DNA of 64,000 bases from assembly GCA_963733675.1 (NCBI GenBank), contig CAVTET010000012.1:256001-320000 (forward strand). Reading direction: 5' to 3'. Positions within the stretch are counted from its first letter, which is position 1. Each line of letters starts with the position of its first letter. This DNA is from an uncultured Methanosarcinaceae archaeon. Its GTDB lineage: Archaea > Halobacteriota > Methanosarcinia > Methanosarcinales > Methanosarcinaceae. Under the pieces are notes generated by a model. The model saw nothing but the letters and a program-made list of their open reading frames with translations, searched no databases and was not told where the DNA came from. A program made the translations under genes and the position numbers. This document shows, one piece after another, positions 46,638-58,243 of the stretch.

Positions 46638-47501
46638 ATGACATTCAAAGGGCATGCCTGTGCATTCGGGGCAGGAACGATAATAAACGCCATAGCTACA
46701 TGGAAAGGTGCAGCATTCGGGATTAATTTGAAAACATTCGCAGAGGTTAGACTTTCCGAAAGTGAAATCGGGATTTCAGGATCTATTGAAGAGATACCTG
46801 ATGGAGATGTTCGCCTCATAGAACTCTGCGTTGAGCTGGTTCTCGAAAAGTTTGGGCTTGAGTTAGGTGGTACGGTAAGAACAAGAAGCGAAGTCCCTCT
46901 TGCAGGCGGGCTCAAAAGTAGTAGTGCTGCAGCAAACGCTTCCATCCTTGCAACTTTACGTGCCATTGGCAAGACTCTATCTCCCCTTGAGATTGTGAAA
47001 CTTGGGGTAAGAGCTGCAAGAGAAGTAGGAGTTACGGTAACAGGAGCCTTTGATGATGCCTGTGCTTCTTTCCTGGGAGGAATTGTGGTGACTGACAACC
47101 GAAAAATGGAGCTAATCAGACGCGAAGAAATTGAATCTAAGGTTTTTATATTTGCACCTGACAGGAAGGCTTTCAGTATAGATACTGATCTCAAACGTTC
47201 TAAATTGATCGCTCCATATGTAAAAATTGCATATGATCTTGCCCTGAAAGGTGACTACGAACGAGCCATGACACTTAATGGATTCCTCTACTGTGGGGCT
47301 CTTGGTTTTGATATGGAATACATGCTAAAAGCTCTCGAATGTGGAGTAAAAGGAGTGAGCCTATCCGGAACCGGTCCTTCATATGTAGCACTCGTGAAGA
47401 ATGAGCAGGCAAAAGAGCTGAAATCTGCTTGGGAAAGCTGTGGAATGGCAGGAAGGATCATAGAAACCACTATAAATAACAGGGCTGCAGTATCCTTATG
47501 A
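46638..47501 (+). CDS. aroK: Archaeal (GHMP) shikimate kinase
   Basis: GLKSSSAA, VTGAFDDA and LSGTGPS motifs; likely ATG at 46638. Confidence 0.95.
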   Translation: MTFKGHACAFGAGTIINAIATWKGAAFGINLKTFAEVRLSESEIGISGSIEEIPDGDVRLIELCVELVLEKFGLELGGTVRTRSEVPLAGGLKSSSAAANASILATLRAIGKTLSPLEIVKLGVRAAREVGVTVTGAFDDACASFLGGIVVTDNRKMELIRREEIESKVFIFAPDRKAFSIDTDLKRSKLIAPYVKIAYDLALKGDYERAMTLNGFLYCGALGFDMEYMLKALECGVKGVSLSGTGPSYVALVKNEQAKELKSAWESCGMAGRIIETTINNRAAVSL

Positions 47502-47803
47502 AGGAAGTGACTCTCTTGACCGAACTTGAAGCTGTCCGTGAAAAAATCGAAAAAATTGATATGGAGATCCTTACCCTTATTGATAAAAGAGTCAATATGG
47601 CTGAAAAGGTGCTTGAATCAAAACGAATAAATGGAACTTCAATAAATGACCACAAGCAAAATGAGATTGTAATCAGCAGGGCCTTAAATATCTCAACAGA
47701 GCTCAATCTTGATCCGGGGTCTGTAAAGGCTATTTTTGAGATTTTAATAAGGATGAGTATTGAACGTCAGAATGAGTTGAGTGGCAAAGGAAGCCTGCCT
47801 TGA
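47498..47803 (+). CDS. Chorismate mutase (AroQ type)
   Basis: LEAVREKIEKIDMEILTLIDKR motif; coupled to aroK. Confidence 0.9.
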   Translation: MKEVTLLTELEAVREKIEKIDMEILTLIDKRVNMAEKVLESKRINGTSINDHKQNEIVISRALNISTELNLDPGSVKAIFEILIRMSIERQNELSGKGSLP

Positions 47804-47821
47804 TTCCTAAGAGGAGCGAAA

Positions 47822-48217
47822 ATGGTCGATATTTCAGTGATTATGGGTTCTGAATCTGACAGATCAATCGCTAATCGTGCGACATCTGTGCTTGAAAAGA
47901 GCAAGTATACTTATGAAGTGATGGTTATTTCCGCGCACAGGAATCCGGAAGAGCTTGATAGTTACATTTCAAGCACTGATGCAAAGGTCTTTATCGCAAT
48001 TGCAGGTTTATCGGCAGCTCTCCCTGGGTTTGTAGCTTCCAAGACTAAAAAACCTGTAGTTGGAGTTCCCGTGAGTGCAAAACTTGGCGGACTAGATGCT
48101 CTTCTTTCCATAGCCCAAATGCCTAAAGGGGTACCTGTCGGAAGCGTTGGGATCGATAACGGAGCAAATGGTGCGTACCTTGCCTTGAGAATTCTAGATT
48201 TAATTGATAGCTATTAA
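47822..48217 (+). CDS. purE: N5-CAIR mutase
   Basis: IMGSESD, SAHRNP, AALPG and QMPKGVPV motifs. Confidence 0.95.
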   Translation: MVDISVIMGSESDRSIANRATSVLEKSKYTYEVMVISAHRNPEELDSYISSTDAKVFIAIAGLSAALPGFVASKTKKPVVGVPVSAKLGGLDALLSIAQMPKGVPVGSVGIDNGANGAYLALRILDLIDSY

Positions 48218-49285
48218 ATACTTAAGGGACTAACGATCTTCATTATTTAATGGGCTTTGTATGATATCTTATTTTTCAAAATTTAGAACGTTTTTTACTC
48301 CCGATATCGTTGCGTATAATACAGATAATCTCCATATTTCATGGATATTTTTTTTAAGAATCTAACCAATCAATCTGGTTAAGTTAGTAGATTAGGAAAA
48401 GTATTTTTAGAAAGGCGCATCTGAATTTTGAGCGTTTTTGGGGAATGAGAAGTAATTGATGATGAGATTTACAGCAGAAAAGGATATTTCTCAGATACTT
48501 TGCTATCAATATGGAGGTCATTCTTTTAAAAACAAGAGTATGCTGTTGTTTAGCGCACATTTTTTTCATGCTTTATACTTTTTTGGATAAGATATTCAAA
48601 AATAATTTTCTGGCCAGGAAACTATTTTTGTCTATGAGTTGTTGGAAATCGTAAGTCAAAACTCTTTTTACATTTTGTCGTAAATCAGATGTGTAATAGG
48701 TTTTCATATTTAACTAATGAGTCAAGAACAGACATGGTTCATTATTTTTAGTTTTTGAATCTTGCTAGTGAGTTATTGAAAATAGCAAACAAAAGAGTTT
48801 TTCGAATTTTTCCCTAAAATGAAAGGATACTCATTTTTCAGATTTAATCAATGACCTAATGCCATGAAGTATTTTTTTGTCCGTCATTAAGTAATTGAGG
48901 TTTCCATAATTAATTTTCCAAATGATGAAGTTTGTGTTTTCATACACTAAAGTCCATATGTTCTAACTAATATCACTTAAGTGCGGAACGAAAAAGAGGT
49001 GGCCATAAATAATGAGTGATGTTTACCCACAAAAGTCACGTACTTGCTTCTGCACTTCGTTCTTTGTATTATATCGTTTTTGTCTCTCAGTATGGCTGTA
49101 AGCTTGGATATTAGTGTTTTTGGACAAAGTATATTCTAGGATGAAAATAGTAACTATTTAGAGATACACTATATAAAATATCACTAAGTTGATTTTTGAA
49201 ATAAAATCAACCAAATAATGGTGGAGAACTATTTTTTGACTATCCATTTTTTTACTCAGGTTTAATTTTAAGTTGTTCCTTTGAG

Positions 49286-49435
49286 GGTTCCGTTGCAAAA
49301 ATAATTTTACTGCCTTTTTAGGCTATAACTATTGCTTTTTTGTATAATTATTGACCTGTTTATGGAATAGAAATATCCTAATTGTGAAAGTTTTTTCTGA
49401 TTTTGCAAGGGAGCCAGATTTTTTGCAACGGAACC
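49286..49435. mobile_element. IS6-derived MITE (~150 bp)
   Basis: GGTTCCGTTGCAAAAA at 49286 and TTTTTTGCAACGGAACC at 49419-49435, plus a second degenerate right IR at 49401-49415; no ORF. Confidence 0.8.
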
Positions 49436-49519
49436 AATTGGTTTATTACTGTATAAGATCCGTTCTATACGGCTGCATACTGGCAATTAATTACTCCAAT
49501 GTATTATGAATTGTTACAA

Positions 49520-49815
49520 ATTATTGAAACAAAACTTGGATCTGAACATCAAGATGTTGCAACAGCCTGAAACACTCTCGCAGAACTCTATATAAATATA
49601 GGAGAGTACGAAAAAGCACTCCCACCTTATCAAAGAGACTTAGAGATCAGCGAAAAGGTCCTGGGTCCACAACACCCAGATGTTGCAACAATCCTAAACA
49701 ATCTCGCAGGACTCTATGAAAACATGGGTGAATACGAAAAAGCGACTCTACTTCGGCAAAGAATAGAAAAGAATTTCAATTACCCAAAAAAGTCTAAATT
49801 TTTTTCTGCTTCATT
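49520..49815 (+). pseudogene. Kinesin-light-chain-type TPR remnant
   Basis: LGSEHQDVATA*NTLAELY...[31 protein letters not shown]. Confidence 0.8.
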
Positions 49816-49816
49816 G

Positions 49817-49847
49817 ATGCACAGTTTTTGTGTTAAAATATGTGCAT
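49817..49847 (+). repeat. Dispersed 31-bp palindromic site, copy E
   Basis: ATGCACAG TTTTTGTGTTAAAAT ATGTGCAT. Confidence 0.8.
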
Positions 49848-50047
49848 TTTCCAATTTTAGAGCCAGATTGCCTAATGTTTATCTGATAATGCATAAGGTC
49901 TAAAATCTCCTACCATGCAAGCAACTTCTGAGAACGATTCCAGAAAATTTCTTATTTATACCAAATATGTGCTATTTTGTCATCATAACTATCAGCAGAG
50001 CTTTTAATCGAGTTGCTATAAATACTATAAATGCTATAATATTTATA

Positions 50048-50242
50048 ATGTCTGAAACAACAACTATCCAGATAACAAAGCAAATTCGCGAAGAGCTACA
50101 GAAAATTGGAAAGATGGGAGACGATTATAATAAGGTTATTAATGACCTTATAGTCGAACACAATAGGAATAAATTAGCAGAGCGCGGTGAGAAATTTATA
50201 AAAGAGCATAAAAATGAGTTTGTGAGTATCGATGACCTTTAA
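50048..50242 (+). CDS. Antitoxin (RHH-like) of a type II TA pair
   Basis: MSETTTIQITKQIREELQKIGKMGDDYNKVI...FVSIDDL; overlaps the toxin start; CTATAAAT repeats upstream. Confidence 0.75.
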   Translation: MSETTTIQITKQIREELQKIGKMGDDYNKVINDLIVEHNRNKLAERGEKFIKEHKNEFVSIDDL

Positions 50243-50513
50243 AGTTTTTGTGCATCCCACTATTTTTGTTAAGGCTCCCGCAGAACGAGAAGAACATATA
50301 AAATCTGCAATTAAAGAGCTTACAGAGCCATTTCCAGATAGCGACGAAAACAAAAAAGAATTTCGAGGAACTCGATTAGTTACATATCGTCTGAGATTTG
50401 GCGACTATCGAGTTTTCTATCAAATTGATGAAGAGGAGAAAAAAGTATACGTTTTCGATATTCGATCGCTGAACAAGCGCATAAAAAATATGGGAAAATT
50501 TAATATTAATTAG
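50232..50513 (+). CDS. RelE/ParE family toxin
   Basis: YRLRFGDYRVFYQIDEEEKKVYVFDI motif. Confidence 0.85.
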   Translation: MTFKVFVHPTIFVKAPAEREEHIKSAIKELTEPFPDSDENKKEFRGTRLVTYRLRFGDYRVFYQIDEEEKKVYVFDIRSLNKRIKNMGKFNIN

Positions 50514-50616
50514 CAAAACTTCCACTAGGGCTTTTTTATTTTTAGATTTTCAGGAAGCAGTTTAATGTTCACCTTCTGTTCATCTGGATCAAATTTTGAA
50601 TGTGAATTCCTTGATT

Positions 50617-50647
50617 ATGCATAGTTTATGCTATAAAACCTATGCAG
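50617..50647 (+). repeat. Dispersed 31-bp palindromic site, copy F
   Basis: ATGCATAG TTTATGCTATAAAAC CTATGCAG. Confidence 0.75.
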
Positions 50648-51190
50648 AAGGAAATACCAGAAGATTAAGCTTCGTAAGTAAATAACGGATTTATTTAATA
50701 TTTATTTTTTGATTTATAGATAACTGCGGTTCATTTACGATAATTGATCAAACAAACTAGGCATTTATTTGTCAAGGCATAGCTAAATTTAGCGATTCTT
50801 GAGAATTTATTTTAATAAAAATAATTATTTGGTACTTATAAGCTCTAGAGTAGGTTCTCATTCGAAGACAATAGAAATTATGGTAGTCACTTAATAAATA
50901 GATTATAGAGTCTCTAAATTAGTTTGGCTTCTCAAAGAAAAATGAAGTTGAGCTTTAAGTCCCAGAAAAGCTATTTTAATAAAACGAATTATATATTGAT
51001 CGGAACAAAAAGAAATTTGTTATGTAAGTAATTCATGTCTTTCTTAATATAAAAATTGAATTGGTTTAAATAGAAAGATATTTATCTCAAATTTTATTAT
51101 AATATTCTATCTAGCATTATTATATTTTTAATATATTTAACTTTTTATAGGAACTATAGAAGGGTAGGAGATATAGCTCAGATAGGAAAA

Positions 51191-51866
51191 ATGATTTCTG
51201 AGGTGGTAGTACCTGTAATTGGTTTATTTGTATTACTTTATAATATTCCTGCCTTTCATGATTTCAACCCTTCTCTAACTAATACTGATACTAAAGCAAC
51301 TATTACCCAGATAAATATTAATCCAAGTGACGCTGCTCAGATAATGATTGATGAACATCCTGGTTTGCTGTATCACGAAATCATTCGTCTACGAACAAAA
51401 AATATACCATCAGGAATAAGTATTGAATTTGAACCTACGATTATGGAAAGTGGAAGTAACTATACTTCAATAATAACAATTTCAGCAGATGAAAAATTTT
51501 TTCCCGAAAACTACAACAAGATATCAATTACAAGTGATGGAAATGATGAAAAAGAACATGCTCGCAATTTTAGCACAAATCTTTGTGGTCCTTCAGATGG
51601 TTTGAATAATAAGAGAGCTACTTTAAACATAGTAGGCAAACTCTATGAAGTAATTCCGAACGCAAAATCTACTAAGACATCTAGTTAGATAGATGGAATA
51701 GCGAGTCTTCGGTAGAGGTCGCATAATATTGGGATCGTAGCCATTGCTCGTAAACCTGAATATCTGGACGTTTTCTGGACAGGTAAAGATGGAGCAATAT
51801 GGAATAACGGGTGGGATATAAATAATGGATGGGGCCAGCCGTTCACAAATGCGCAGAAAAGATAGT
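51191..51866 (+). pseudogene. Fragmented cell-surface protein (Ig-like part plus lectin-type beta-propeller blade remnant)
   Basis: ORF 51191-51688 has an N-terminal hydrophobic stretch; downstream fragment ARKPEYLDVFWTGKDGAIWNNGW. Confidence 0.45.
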
Positions 51867-51944
51867 TAAAAGGTCTATCTTAAAATTGAACTTGATCCCA
51901 CTATTGGGATAGGATTTACACATTTGAATCAAAGTTGCGCTAGC

Positions 51945-52545
51945 GTGCCCCGTTGCAAGCAACGGGGTCTGTTCGCGTCACCGCTTTGGTTGTAATGGCT
52001 ATTAAAAATCGAGTATTTTCATTTGCTGATATGCTTCTTTTTCTTCCTTGTTTTCCTGATTTTCAACATAGTTTTTGATAACATCTGAAGTTGTTCCATC
52101 TCCTGTACTTCCAATGTAGCCTCCATCACTCCACAGTTCACAACCCCAAAGCTGTTTTTTGATTTTAGGGCATTGTTTAAAGATTTATCCTGCTATAATA
52201 CTTTTTATAATTTGCATGATTTTTGAAGGAGAATACTTTGGTTCAGCTCCCACAAAAAGATATACATGATCACCATCACTACCAATTGCATCAAACTCAA
52301 AACAGTATCTTTCACTAATTTCAAAGCATAAGTTTTTCAAAAAGTTGACGAGTTCTGTCCCTTAAAAAAGATTTTTACGGTACTTCAAACAAAAAAACCA
52401 TGTGGTATTTTATTTTATGTACACAAGGGTTTGCACGTCTTAGTTCCATTTACAGTATAAATGTAGCAAAAAATATAAATTTATTATTTAACAACGGTTA
52501 TCGGGGAAGTTTTCCATCCCCGCAGCAAGCTGCGGGGTATTCGAC
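51945..52545 (-). mobile_element. IS200/IS605-family element with decayed TnpA (Y1) transposase at 52002-52449
   Basis: Sub-terminal hairpins CCCCGTTGCAAGCAACGGGG and CCCCGCAGCAAGCTGCGGGG; KYHMVF, DGDHVY, LWSDGGY and IKNYVENQ motifs. Confidence 0.88.
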
Positions 52546-52617
52546 TGAAAATAAAAATGTAGCTGTTATATCTCAAAATAATTCTGCTTTTTAAAGCTTT
52601 TTTACTATCTTTAATTG

Positions 52618-52648
52618 ATACATAGTTTTTGTGGCTAAAACTGTGTAT
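52618..52648 (+). repeat. Dispersed 31-bp palindromic site, copy G
   Basis: ATACATAGTTTT TGTGGCT AAAACTGTGTAT (12+7+12, one mismatch). Confidence 0.8.
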
Positions 52649-52816
52649 TTAGCAATTAGATATTGAATTAAACTCATGCGATCGAATTAAGAATCAGAAT
52701 TGTTATGCATGAAATCATATAAAAGCGTTAAATAGTAAAGCAATAATTAAAAATAAAAATTTCTATTGCGATCGATTTTATTTCATCACACAAAAATAGA
52801 ATTTATTGTTTTGCTG

Positions 52817-52847
52817 ATGCAGAAGTTTTCATACAAAAACTATGCAT
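52817..52847 (-). repeat. Dispersed 31-bp palindromic site, copy H
   Basis: Reverse complement ATGCATAG TTTTTGTATGAAAAC TTCTGCAT. Confidence 0.75.
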
Positions 52848-53149
52848 TAACACAATAATAAAAATAAGAGTTTTGTCAGTTAAGGCATTGATTTGCATTT
52901 ACTGGACATATAATCAATAGAAACTTGTATATTCATATAATATATGGAAGAATCGAGTTACCAAAAACATATGAAAAATCGAAACTTGGATTTGATTTTG
53001 TACTTCAAATTCGTGAGTTCTAATGTTATTTAGTTTTGCTAACAACAGCTAATATACATAAGTTTACTACCTACAATCTGTGTATTTCATAGGAACCTCA
53101 AAATTGGATAGAGAGCGATCTCCTCGTTATAGACTAATATTCAAAAACT

Positions 53150-53386
53150 TCACTTCAGTTTTTCTTTTTTCCCCATTCCCTTTAGAGTCTTTCTCATAGA
53201 CTTTCTTAACTGCACTCCACGCAACTTTATGAGCCGTTTCTTCTCTGGAAGCTTCTGCCCTTCTTTCGAATGGTTCTTTATACTCCTCCCAAGCTTTATT
53301 GAAAGCTTCCCTATAATATCCTGTCAGTGTTTTGGTAGGTTATCTCTAACTGTTTCTGATAGTTCGGAATTATTCTTGTATGGCAT
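53150..53386 (-). pseudogene. chaB: ChaB-family protein, broken
   Basis: MPYKNNSELSETVRDNLPKH*QDI / REAFNKAWEEYK..REETAHKVAWSAVKKVYEK. Confidence 0.8.
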
Positions 53387-53872
53387 ATATTCACCCTGTG
53401 TAATATTATATATTATTTTTGAAAACGATTTATGATGTGATAGAACATGGTATCCGCAGAATAGACAAAAATTGATTGCTTATCTACTAACTGATTTTAT
53501 AGTTAAAATAGTTTGAATGCCTTAGTTTCATCTAGTATACAAAAATGATTAAGGTTATAAATCAGTTATTAACAATGCTTGCTAGGAAGTTTCCACATCT
53601 GCCGCAAGTTTCAAAGTACTCACATTAAATGAATTTTAGCGATCTTGTCTAAATATACAAATAAGTTGGAAAATGGACATATTTAGTATTCTAAATTCCA
53701 TATATAATTCTTTAGCCTATAATAGTTGGATTTAATTAATAGGAAAAATCTTTCCCCAAAAAAGTAAAATTTTATCCTTTTAAAGGTTACTTGACTAGTT
53801 ACAGAAATCTACTATTTCAGATAATTTATATAACGCCGAAAACTTAGATTGTTGTTATTTTTAAATTTATTT

Positions 53873-54100
53873 TTATTTTTTGAGCATTTCCTGAACTTTT
53901 TTAATATCCGCGATAGCTTCTCTTTTAATCTCGATCATTTTTTCCATACCGGATATTTTCATTTCCAAAATTTTTATGAATTTATTCATTCTCATTACTG
54001 CAACTTCTTTCTTTTGTTCTGTAGTCAGAAGCTCCCACATCTCAACCATAGCGGTCTCCATTATAGATCCTTGTCCTATCATAGAATGTTCTTGGCACAT
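53873..54100 (-). CDS. Small Met-rich coiled-coil hypothetical protein
   Basis: GGAG RBS; coherent 75-aa helical ORF. Confidence 0.65.
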   Translation of the reverse strand: MCQEHSMIGQGSIMETAMVEMWELLTTEQKKEVAVMRMNKFIKILEMKISGMEKMIEIKREAIADIKKVQEMLKK

Positions 54101-54724
54101 GTTAAAATATCTCCTTCATTGATAATATTTTTTGAATTTACATTTCAAAAATTAACCAAAATATTAGTACATTTAAATATTAGTGTATTTTTTATTTCTC
54201 ATTCCAACAAATTGCTTATGGTGCTTATATAAGCAATTTATTGCAACTAGACGTTTATTACGTCCATATGTTATTTTTAATTAATGACATAAAAAATAGT
54301 TTTTGAATGAAATTTACTTTCGAATTAAATGTTTTAAACCTATAAAAATCATTATAAATATTAAATCGTTTTTTGATTGTGAAAAATATTGTCAGGCATT
54401 GTTTTTCGATTAGAAGCTATTTTTCATATAATTAATTTAAAATAATTATGTGAACAATTGTAGATTGTATACACACCGAACAGACACTTTAAAAGATCAA
54501 GAACTAACCGGTATAGTTGAATTGCATGGAAGATGTTGGTCTTAGTTCGAGTTAAATATGCTTGCGCCGGTATATATTCGAAGTGACTGTATTTGGGCAT
54601 ACAGTAGAGACAACTCTTCCAAGCTTTCTTCCAACCATTTTTACTTCGCTTGATTATGCATAATACATATCTTTATACACAACTTCTTCTTCCAAAAGGT
54701 AAAAATTAAGGAGTTGATGGTTTT

Positions 54725-54841
54725 ATGGCGTTAGTGATTATAGCCACAATAGCAGCTTCTGCAGCGGTTGCGGCAACTGCAGCTTGCAAGTTGAAGAAAC
54801 ACTACGATAGTTCTCAAAAAAAAATAAAAAGATGTAGATAA
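54725..54841 (+). CDS. Putative 38-aa single-TM microprotein
   Basis: AAGGAG RBS; MALVIIATIAASAAVAATAAC followed by a basic tail. Confidence 0.45.
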   Translation: MALVIIATIAASAAVAATAACKLKKHYDSSQKKIKRCR

Positions 54842-55353
54842 TTTCATACTTTCTCATACTTTTAATTTTGAAGCTTAAGTACTTGGTATCAAAAAATGAC
54901 ACCGAGTCAATTAGAAATTATAGAACTTTAGGCAAATTGTCTAAATTTAAAATCGATCTAAGGAATTTATTGAATTTCGCTATGTTTTTTCAATACTTTT
55001 TTTGCATTTCTTAGGAAATCAATGAATATTGGCATATTCCTATATTAGATGTGATGGAGTTATAAAAAGTATAAGCAAAAATTTACCTTATTTTGCTTCT
55101 AAAAAGTTTTGCCAAAAGTTTTAAAGTGTTGATTCAAATTTAAAAACTTAATATAGTGTATTTATCGAAGTGTTCTCATATAAATTTTAAATATTTAATA
55201 AGTAATATTATATCTTAATTAAAACATTGCATGTGTATCTGCTTATAGACCAGAATTCGAAATGCGGATACGTGAACGGTGTATGGGTTTACCCCACTAC
55301 CCAGCATCCAGTATCCGTATATCTAAATATAAAATATTGTTAATCTATAACTT

Positions 55354-55434
55354 ATGGAGCTTATGGAACTCATAGAGCATCTGGAGCTCATGGAACACTT
55401 GGAACTAATTAACCCAAACAGCCATCATAAATAG
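55354..55434 (+). CDS. Putative 26-aa micropeptide MELMELIEHLELMEHLELINPNSHHK, copy 3
   Basis: Same length and frame as copy 1. Confidence 0.4.
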   Translation: MELMELIEHLELMEHLELINPNSHHK

Positions 55435-55464
55435 AAAAAGAAGAAATAATAATTATATAGATCT

Positions 55465-56039
55465 GGCATTGTACCAAAGGTTCTGTAAAGTGTGGTTGAT
55501 TCTATATCTTTTTCTTCCCAATGAAAAAACAGGGATTCTCAGTTTGTTAGCAGAATGAGTTAAACAGTTAAGGAAAAATAAGCTAAACGCATCGGGTTGA
55601 TTATCTCACTAACTACACAATCAAGATCTTATTGTTGTTAACTTCATGTTGATAATGTAGTCTCCATGCATAATTAAAAGGGTTGGGCACCTAATTTTCC
55701 AGGGCAATAACGATATTCTCTAAGGTAATCAGTATTGTCCTAGTTCTTTTTTTGAACTATTATTTAGAATAATTTATTCTATCAATTATATAATATATTT
55801 AATCGTATTTGATAGTGGAATAAACCGTTATAGATATATGCACAGGAAGTTGTGGTTGGGTTTCCTGCACATATACAACAAATTAAATTTTTGTTTATTT
55901 CATCTCCTTTTTCTTTCACTACAAAAGAATTGGTTCCGTTGCAAAAACTTCAGGATAAGCATGTGAACCTATAAGTAACAAATAAAAGTCAAAAGATTCT
56001 AGAGTCAATCCGATTTCACAGAACTTTTGGTGCATTGCT
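55465..56039. mobile_element. Decayed IS6-like remnant containing a solo IS6 end at 55932-56003
   Basis: Imperfect IRs GGCATTGTACCAAAGGTTCTGTAAA and TTTCACAGAACTTTTGGTGCATTGCT; inner GGTTCCGTTGCAAAAA plus ~55 bp similar to the IS6 right end. Confidence 0.5.
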
Positions 56040-56216
56040 GCAGATATATCTTTTTAATATGGTAATTCTATTCTATTTAGTTGATACAAAACTAAATTTT
56101 CATTATAAAGGAAAGGGATTATGTCTTCACTTTAGAAAGCTGTTCAAACGACAAATTTCTAGAGAAATCATTAAGGATTATAATATAACTATATAGAGCA
56201 CTATAATTTATTGACT

Positions 56217-57038
56217 TTATTTTTCATAATTCAATACTTTGTCAATCGTATCTACGTATTCAGTTCTGATTCCCACATTTTTTTCTATATACTCTTTAGC
56301 ATTCACGATTTCCTGTGCTCTCTCAACAAAAATAAAATCACTTAATTTTCTTTCTACGTATTTATATGTCACAAGCCCACTGTTTTCCCTGGGAATTAAA
56401 AACAGTGTTTTCCCTCCAGCTTTTGCTGCCTTGGCTTTTTCGAGCACTCCACCTATCGCACCAATATTTCCTTTGCCATCAATAGTACCTGTAATAGTAA
56501 TGCTGTTATTAAGTTTAATATTGCTATCAATTGCGGAAATAGTAATAAGAGTCATGAGAGCGCCTGCACTTGGACCTTCAACACGCGGAATTTGATTTTT
56601 AGCGTTAATACTGAATATAACATCACTGCTTGAAAGTGATTTCCTAGTTTTGTTCTCAGCTACTAAGACTGCGGTATTTCCTGCATCCTGGAAAAGTACG
56701 TCCATGAGAGGAGTTGTCTGGACAAGCACACGGCCTTCTCCTGGCTGGATTTCAACAGAAACATCAACCATAGCACCTTCTTCAGCAACTGTCGAATCTG
56801 GTTGTATGGCTTGAAAGACCGCAGGTCCTTGGAGAGTAGCGAATCCCTTTATGCCTGATTTATTATTTTGATTGATTTGCGCCCTAATGTCTTCGTTTTC
56901 CTTTTGAAGATTATTTATACGGATTTGCATTTCCTGGACTTGTTTTTTTTCAACTGAAGGCTGTTCTCCAACTAAGACAAAGTGAGCATTTGCAACAAGC
57001 GAGAGGATCAATAGGAAAACAAGAAATTTAGATTTCAT
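56217..57038 (-). CDS. Secreted Lon-like (S16) serine protease domain protein
   Basis: Signal peptide, coiled coil, EGPSAG catalytic Ser, ITGTI and IGGVLEK catalytic Lys. Confidence 0.88.
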   Translation of the reverse strand: MKSKFLVFLLILSLVANAHFVLVGEQPSVEKKQVQEMQIRINNLQKENEDIRAQINQNNKSGIKGFATLQGPAVFQAIQPDSTVAEEGAMVDVSVEIQPGEGRVLVQTTPLMDVLFQDAGNTAVLVAENKTRKSLSSSDVIFSINAKNQIPRVEGPSAGALMTLITISAIDSNIKLNNSITITGTIDGKGNIGAIGGVLEKAKAAKAGGKTLFLIPRENSGLVTYKYVERKLSDFIFVERAQEIVNAKEYIEKNVGIRTEYVDTIDKVLNYEK

Positions 57039-57107
57039 ATACCAACCATCAAGAGTTTGTTGTAGTGGTATTTATTCCTTCTTTTTGAAGATTTTGTGAA
57101 ATTTTAG

Positions 57108-57325
57108 TTACTTCTTATGCTGGCAATTGCAACAAGTATAGATGCCTTTTTTGTAGGAATAAGTCGCACGTTTCTCAAAATGCCTATTATTGAACCTGCG
57201 CTCATTGTAGGATGTGTAACGTTTATTCTGGTTTTTTTGTGTAGCGATCATAGGATATAGGTTAGGTCATTTCTTTGGAAATGAAGCCTAAATTCCAGGT
57301 GGCCTGATTCTTATAGGACTTGAAA
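57108..57325 (+). pseudogene. mntP: MntP manganese efflux pump C-terminal remnant
   Basis: LLLMLAIATSIDAFFVGIS...IVGCVTF...GHFFG...GGLILIGL. Confidence 0.7.
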
Positions 57326-57453
57326 TCAATTCATTGATATTTAGTAATTGATTAAAACAAGAATCAATTAGAATGTAATGACTTTTTGAACTTTAATAAA
57401 CCCCATGAGCCAATAGTTATGCTAACAAAGTTATGTCTCTATTGTTTTCAGTG

Positions 57454-57487
57454 ATGCATATATTTTTTTGTGATTAAATCTATGTAT
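57454..57487 (+). repeat. Dispersed palindromic site, copy I (expanded)
   Basis: ATGCATAT ATTTTTTTGTGATTAAAT CTATGTAT. Confidence 0.6.
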
Positions 57488-57645
57488 TATCTCCTTTTTT
57501 CAGCCAAAATCACCGGACATTTTTACCTGATTGTGCAGAAAATACATATTTTTTATTAAAATTTATGCTACGTTCAAAAGCCAAAAAATTCCATATTTTA
57601 TCTCGCGAAGAATAAAAATAAATGAAAATTAAGTAAATATTCAAT

Positions 57646-58243
57646 CTACAAATTGGATTTATTTAATTTCTTTAGATCTTCTTCTTTAGCAGTTATAACT
57701 AGTGTACTTCCTATAGAATTATTCGGGTTAAGTACAATTGCTTTGTTATATGCATCAATTGCTTCATGGTATTTACCTAATTCTTCAAAAACTTGTCCTT
57801 TAAGGAACCAAAGATACCAAACATCTTTGTCTAACGAATTAACTTCAATTCCTTTGTAGTAGGTTGTTATTGCTTCTTCATGATTGTTATAATACCCATC
57901 TAGAGCAGCACCTTTAACTTCCCAAACCAATGGATTCCGCGGGTTAACTTTAATTGCTTGGTCATATGCTATCATTGCTTCATCAGACCTATGTAGGACA
58001 ACAAGATCATCTCCTTTAAGGCTCCAAGCATTTTCATCAAGCGGATTAATTTGAAGTGCTTTGTCCTGGATTTGTATGTCCTTTTCATAGACTTTCGTTA
58101 AGAAATCTTTACCGGACTAGGACTGTTGCAGATTTCACCGCACCTACGCTACTTATCAGCACTAAAAACGCTAGTATAATGATTCCTAAAACCACTATGA
58201 AGGTATACTTTCTACTTGCTGTATCATATCTTGCTTTTTTCAT
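57646..58243 (-). pseudogene. Secreted TPR protein, disrupted
   Basis: ATG 58243 MKKARYDTASRKYTFIVVLG...SVGAVKSATVLVR*; TPR units continue in ORF 57646-57975. Confidence 0.8.
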
